DNA of 62,309 nucleotides, taken from contig JWZX01003208.1 of NCBI GenBank assembly GCA_001275005.1, positions 1 to 62,309 on the forward strand, read 5' to 3'. The notes under the pieces were generated by a model that did not search any database, was not told the origin of the DNA, and worked only from the letters and a program-made list of their open reading frames with translations. The stretch is from Chrysochromulina tobinii. Its lineage: Eukaryota. Every line of letters starts with the position of its first letter. Position 1 is the first letter of the stretch. Positions 58,190 to 62,309 of this stretch are shown one piece after another. The position numbers and the translations under genes were made by a program.

Positions 58190-58565
58190 GCGCGCCGAGA
58201 TGAGCGCGCCGTCGAGAGGTCCGACCGTCTGTGAACCTTGGCTGTGAACCTTGCCTGTCGACCTTTTGGCCGGCCACGGAGAGTGGAGAGGGACGCGACG
58301 TCGTGCGCATCCGTTTCGGCTCACGGCTCACGCGACAAGCGCAGAGCGGGCACAAGAGCCAGGGTTGGCCGTTGACAGTTCCGGAGCGGACGTACCGTCT
58401 TCTGCCCCAGGTAAAGTGCACCGACGGCTGTTGCGCCATAAAGAAGCGAAAACCAAGGCGCCCTCACCGCACGGAGTTACACACGAAAATCCGTCTAACG
58501 ATTAAGATAACATGTGACCGTGCGGTTCAGTCCTCGCTCGCGCGACAGCCGCGCACTGACGGTCA

Positions 58566-61500
58566 TCACTTCGTGAATTCGTAATCGTCGGGATTCGTCA
58601 TCTTCGTGATTGCTGATTCCATCGTCAGCGCGAAGGATCCGTGCCCGCCCACCCCCTCCTCCGCGTCGTCGCACGGCTCTACGTGGGCGAGTCGTGGCTC
58701 ACGCTTGCGAAGATGAGGGACGTCATCAGTCGTCATCAGTCGTCATCAGTCGTCATCAGGCTCTACGTGGGCGACGTGGCTCTCGCTTGCGAAGATGAGG
58801 GACGCATCGCGCTTGAGGACGAGCCCATCGCGCCAGCGCATGCCGCGTGCGTCCTCGCGGGGGCGCAGTCCCTGGCCGCGATTGAGCACGCACAAGACGG
58901 CGCGCATACTCGCGCCCCCGCCCGCCGCCCCCGCCCCCGCCCCCGCCCCCGACTTACCGGTACTGACCGCGGCGGCGCTGGCGTTGGCGTTGGCGGCGTT
59001 GGCGTTGGCGGTGGCGGCGGCGGCGGCGGCATCGGCGCTGCCACTCTGAGGGTCGAGATAGATTGCATGCGGCGGGCCTGCTAACGGTCGGCCGAAGAAC
59101 TTGGAGTTCGGGTCCGCTTCGTATTTGAACAAGCAGAGCTCGGCGCCCGCGACGGCGGCGAGCTGTCGGCGCTCGGCTTCCCCAAGGTTGGAGAGGCCAC
59201 TGCCCACGCGCCCGCGGCGAGGGCGGTACACGCCGCATTTGGCAACTGAGGCATCGGTCCGGAGGCCGTCAGGCGCGGTGGCTGGCGAGGTGAAGCCGTC
59301 GAACGCGCCCCCGCCGCCGTCGTTCACACCTCCGCCGCCGTCGTTCGCGCCTATGTTGCTGTCGTTCGCGTCGCCGCCGCCGTCCGCGCCCCCGCCGCCG
59401 TCGTCCACGCTGTCGTTCACACCTCCGCCGCCGTCCACACCTCCGCCGCCGTCGTCCACGCTGTCGGCCGTTTCGGAATCGCCTTTCATCCGGCGAGCCT
59501 GCGCTTCACACTCGAGTGAGTGTGAACATGCGACCTGCACCCGCCGAAGCATGCCTCGCAGTGCAGCGGCGGCCGCCTCGGGCGAAGCCCCGTCGGCAGG
59601 GGCAGCACGGGCGTAGAGAAAGGCCGCCACAAGCTGCAGCGTCTCGGCGCGCCGCTGCGCGAGATCGAGCGGAGATCGAGCGGAGATCGAGCGGAGATCG
59701 AGCGGAGATCGAGCGGACGCCAGGTCAGAGGGCAATCAAGGACGTCATCGGGGGTCATCAAGCACGCAATCAGGGTGGACGATGAGGTTGGCAATCAGGG
59801 GGGGGGGGTACGCAGGTAGAAGAAGAAGATGATGATGATGGCAGCCATCACGAGGGCACTCGAGCGCACCTGCACGTCAAGCAAGTCCTCATACCGAATC
59901 GCGAGCAGCGGCGTGCGAGTGCCCAGCCAATAGCGATGGAACGCCGCCCACACGGCCGCCTCCCGATGGACGTGCTCACGCCACTCGTCACGAAGACGGG
60001 TGTACTCGGTCGCACGCACGGAGCGCGTGTGGCTCTTGGTCAGAACCATATTCCAATACGAGTCGATCGCATCCACCGGGCTACGCACGAGGAGCACCGC
60101 CGCATGCACTCGCACCTGGGGGGGGCGAGGGGCGAGGGGAACGAGGGGCGAGGGGGGGCGCGCGCCGTGGTGACCGATGCATGCCGAAGGGTGGCGGAGA
60201 CTCGCGCGCCGTGGTGAGCAGATGCATGCCGAAGGGTGGCGGAGACGCGCGCGCCGTGGTAAGCACTCGCATGCGCGCGTCGTCGCGGCACACGCACCTC
60301 GGCCGCGCCGCGCCTCTCGGGCCAATGGCTCTTGACGAGCCAGACGCGACCATCCGAGATGCCCTCCGCCGCGAGCCCAAAGGCCGCCAAGTCGCGCGAG
60401 AGGGGCGCGTCTGCGTGCCCATCAGAGCCAGTGAGGATACCGGTACAGGACTCAAGGAGAGAGCGAAGTAACGAATTCCCAGAGCGGGGGTAGGAGACGA
60501 GGGCTACCTGCCGTGAGATGGGCGCCATGGTGAGCACATGCATGCAGAGCGGGGGTAGGAGACGAGGGCTACCTGCCGTGAGCGCTCGTGCGGCGCGAGA
60601 AAGCGTGCTGGCGCCAATCTCGCTGCAGCTCCCGTCACATCATCATCGTCATCATCCTCGCCGCCTTCCTGCGTGCCCAACAACAACAGCGACGACGCCG
60701 CCGCCCGGCCGCCGACTCCGTCGTCCAGCGCAGTCGGCGGATCGGCCGCAAGCCGCATCACTGCAAGCTCGTGCGCCGTCAGCCGTGCCTCCAGCTCGGC
60801 GTCCGACCCCCAATCTCCCCAATCGAGCTCCAAGGCTGCCGCCGCCACCGCTGCCGCCTCCATTTCCATGCCTGCATAGGGACGTCCAGCAGCAGCAGCG
60901 GCGGCGGCGGCGGCGGCGGCGGCGTCCTTGGCACGTCTCCATTCGTCGAGTCGAGCGCGTCGCTCGTCTCGCTCGGCTTCGGCACGGCGCGCCGCCTCGG
61001 TCTGTGCACTGGCGTCCTGAGCGCGCTTGCTCGCACGCCAGGCGGGCAGTTGAGATCTCCTCTCCGATATCCAACGCTGGAGTGCAGCAGTCGCAGCGAG
61101 GTGGCGCTCGAGTGCCGCCTCGGCCTCGCGACGTGCGCGGGCCTCGGCGAGTGCGGCCGCGTGCTCTGCGTCCTCGGCCGCTGCCTCGAGGCGCTCCTGC
61201 CGCCTGATGAGGGAGGCAATCCGACGGAGTTAATGAGGGAGGCAATCGGACGGAGTTGATGAGGGAGGCAATCGGACGGAGTCCATCGAGGCACACATGG
61301 GGTCACCAGAGGCACACATGGGGTCATCAGAGGCAGCTCTCACCGCTCAAGCCAGCGCTCGCGCCGCTGTCGCGTCTGCTCACGCGTCGCCTCCTCCGCC
61401 GCGGCCGCGAGGGCTGCGGCGTCCGCGGCTGCCTGCTGCTGTGTGCGCCGCTCCTCCTCTTCGAGGGCGCGCCGCTGCGCCATCGCGGCCTCGGCTGCCT

Positions 61501-62140
61501 TGGCGGCCGCACGCCGCTCGCGCGCCGCGCGCTCATTCAGGGCTGCCTCCCGCGCCAACGCCTGCGCTTGCCGTTCCGCCGCTTGTCGCTCCGCCTCGGC
61601 TCGCCGCGCGCGTGCTGTCGTGAGCTGCTCACGCAGGGCGGCCTTGTGCTCTTGCTCGCGCCGGCGGTCGGCCTCGATCTGTGCGCGCTCCGCGGCCAGC
61701 CGCGCCTCGCGATGCGATGACACGTGTGCGCGCTTGCGCGCCTGCTCTTCCTGGAGCTTCACAGCCTGCCGGTCCTGCCGCTCGCGCTCGCGCCGCTGCT
61801 CCTCGTCGTGGTACTGCGCCGCCGCCTCGCGAGTGAGCGCCGCGCAGAGCTGCACGCGCGACGCCCGCTCTTGGAGCTGCTCCCGTCGCGCGAGCGGCAA
61901 CTCGCTCTCGACGAGCTCGTCATCGGGCGCCTCCCACGCCCGCAGCGCGGTCGCCTGGGATGCAACTACTCGTAGTGGCACGTCGGGAGGCTTCGCCTGC
62001 GTAGAGACGCGAGACGCGCTCTTGCTCTGCGCGGCCGCGAGCAATGCGTCGAGGCGCGAGGCGGCCTGCGTCGTGCTCCTGTCCGGCGCCACGACCAACG
62101 CGCGTCCGGCGCCACGACCACCTTCACGCGGCGTCGCCAT
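58566..62140 (-). CDS. Coiled-coil N-terminus fused to sulfotransferase (WSCD-like) domain, multi-intron; 3' end uncertain
   Basis: PAPS-binding LVSYPRSGNSLLRSLLE, VKSHWP, VRSPVDAIDSY, RYEDLL; exons join in frame across introns near 61.2-61.3, 60508-60572, 60.1-60.3 and 59.7-59.9 kb. Confidence 0.75.
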
Positions 62141-62309
62141 TCGTACAAATCACCGTTTCACACGACATCCGTTGTGTGAATGACGACATAAGAGCAAGTA
62201 AACTTGGTCGCGTAGGTTGGTGATAGTCGTCGACGAACGCCCCCACCAGCACCAGCCCCGCACCAGCACGCGGTGCAACGAAGGCCTGACCGTTAGGGGG
62301 GAGTAACGC

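Overview
GC-rich, gene-dense eukaryotic genomic DNA with spliceosomal introns. Bipartite plastid-targeting leaders and flagellar/basal-body genes suggest an alga with a red-lineage secondary plastid, probably a haptophyte (inference only). I can support about 23 protein genes, including pyruvate kinase, a TauD dioxygenase, an SMC-like ATPase, an Sfi1-like protein, a transporter, a PKD channel, an ATP-grasp ligase, centrin, Rpn13 and a sulfotransferase. Two higher-order patterns stand out. (1) A candidate modular immune/conflict system: a U-box-dynamin-ARM gene and an R-S-E ADP-ribosyltransferase gene 28 kb apart end in the same cassette (Cys-containing 10-aa AGF repeats, a same-phase intron, an NxDWDG last exon and shared downstream sequence). 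The window also holds an MSP-kinase-PARP fusion, a 2H phosphoesterase and a bacterial-type SMI1/KNR4 gene. (2) Many introns consist of a 10-37 nt duplicate of adjacent exon plus one of two shared cores (GCATGCANGTGCTCACCAYGGCGCC, or CTGAT microsatellites ending CCTCATCAG); some are stacked back-to-back. This suggests ongoing intron creation. Also present: a leishmanolysin-Hint fusion, a CrtYcd-type lycopene cyclase, a Cys-hairpin repeat plastid protein and a TIR-bounded satellite element. All calls come from manual motif reading; no database searches were run.
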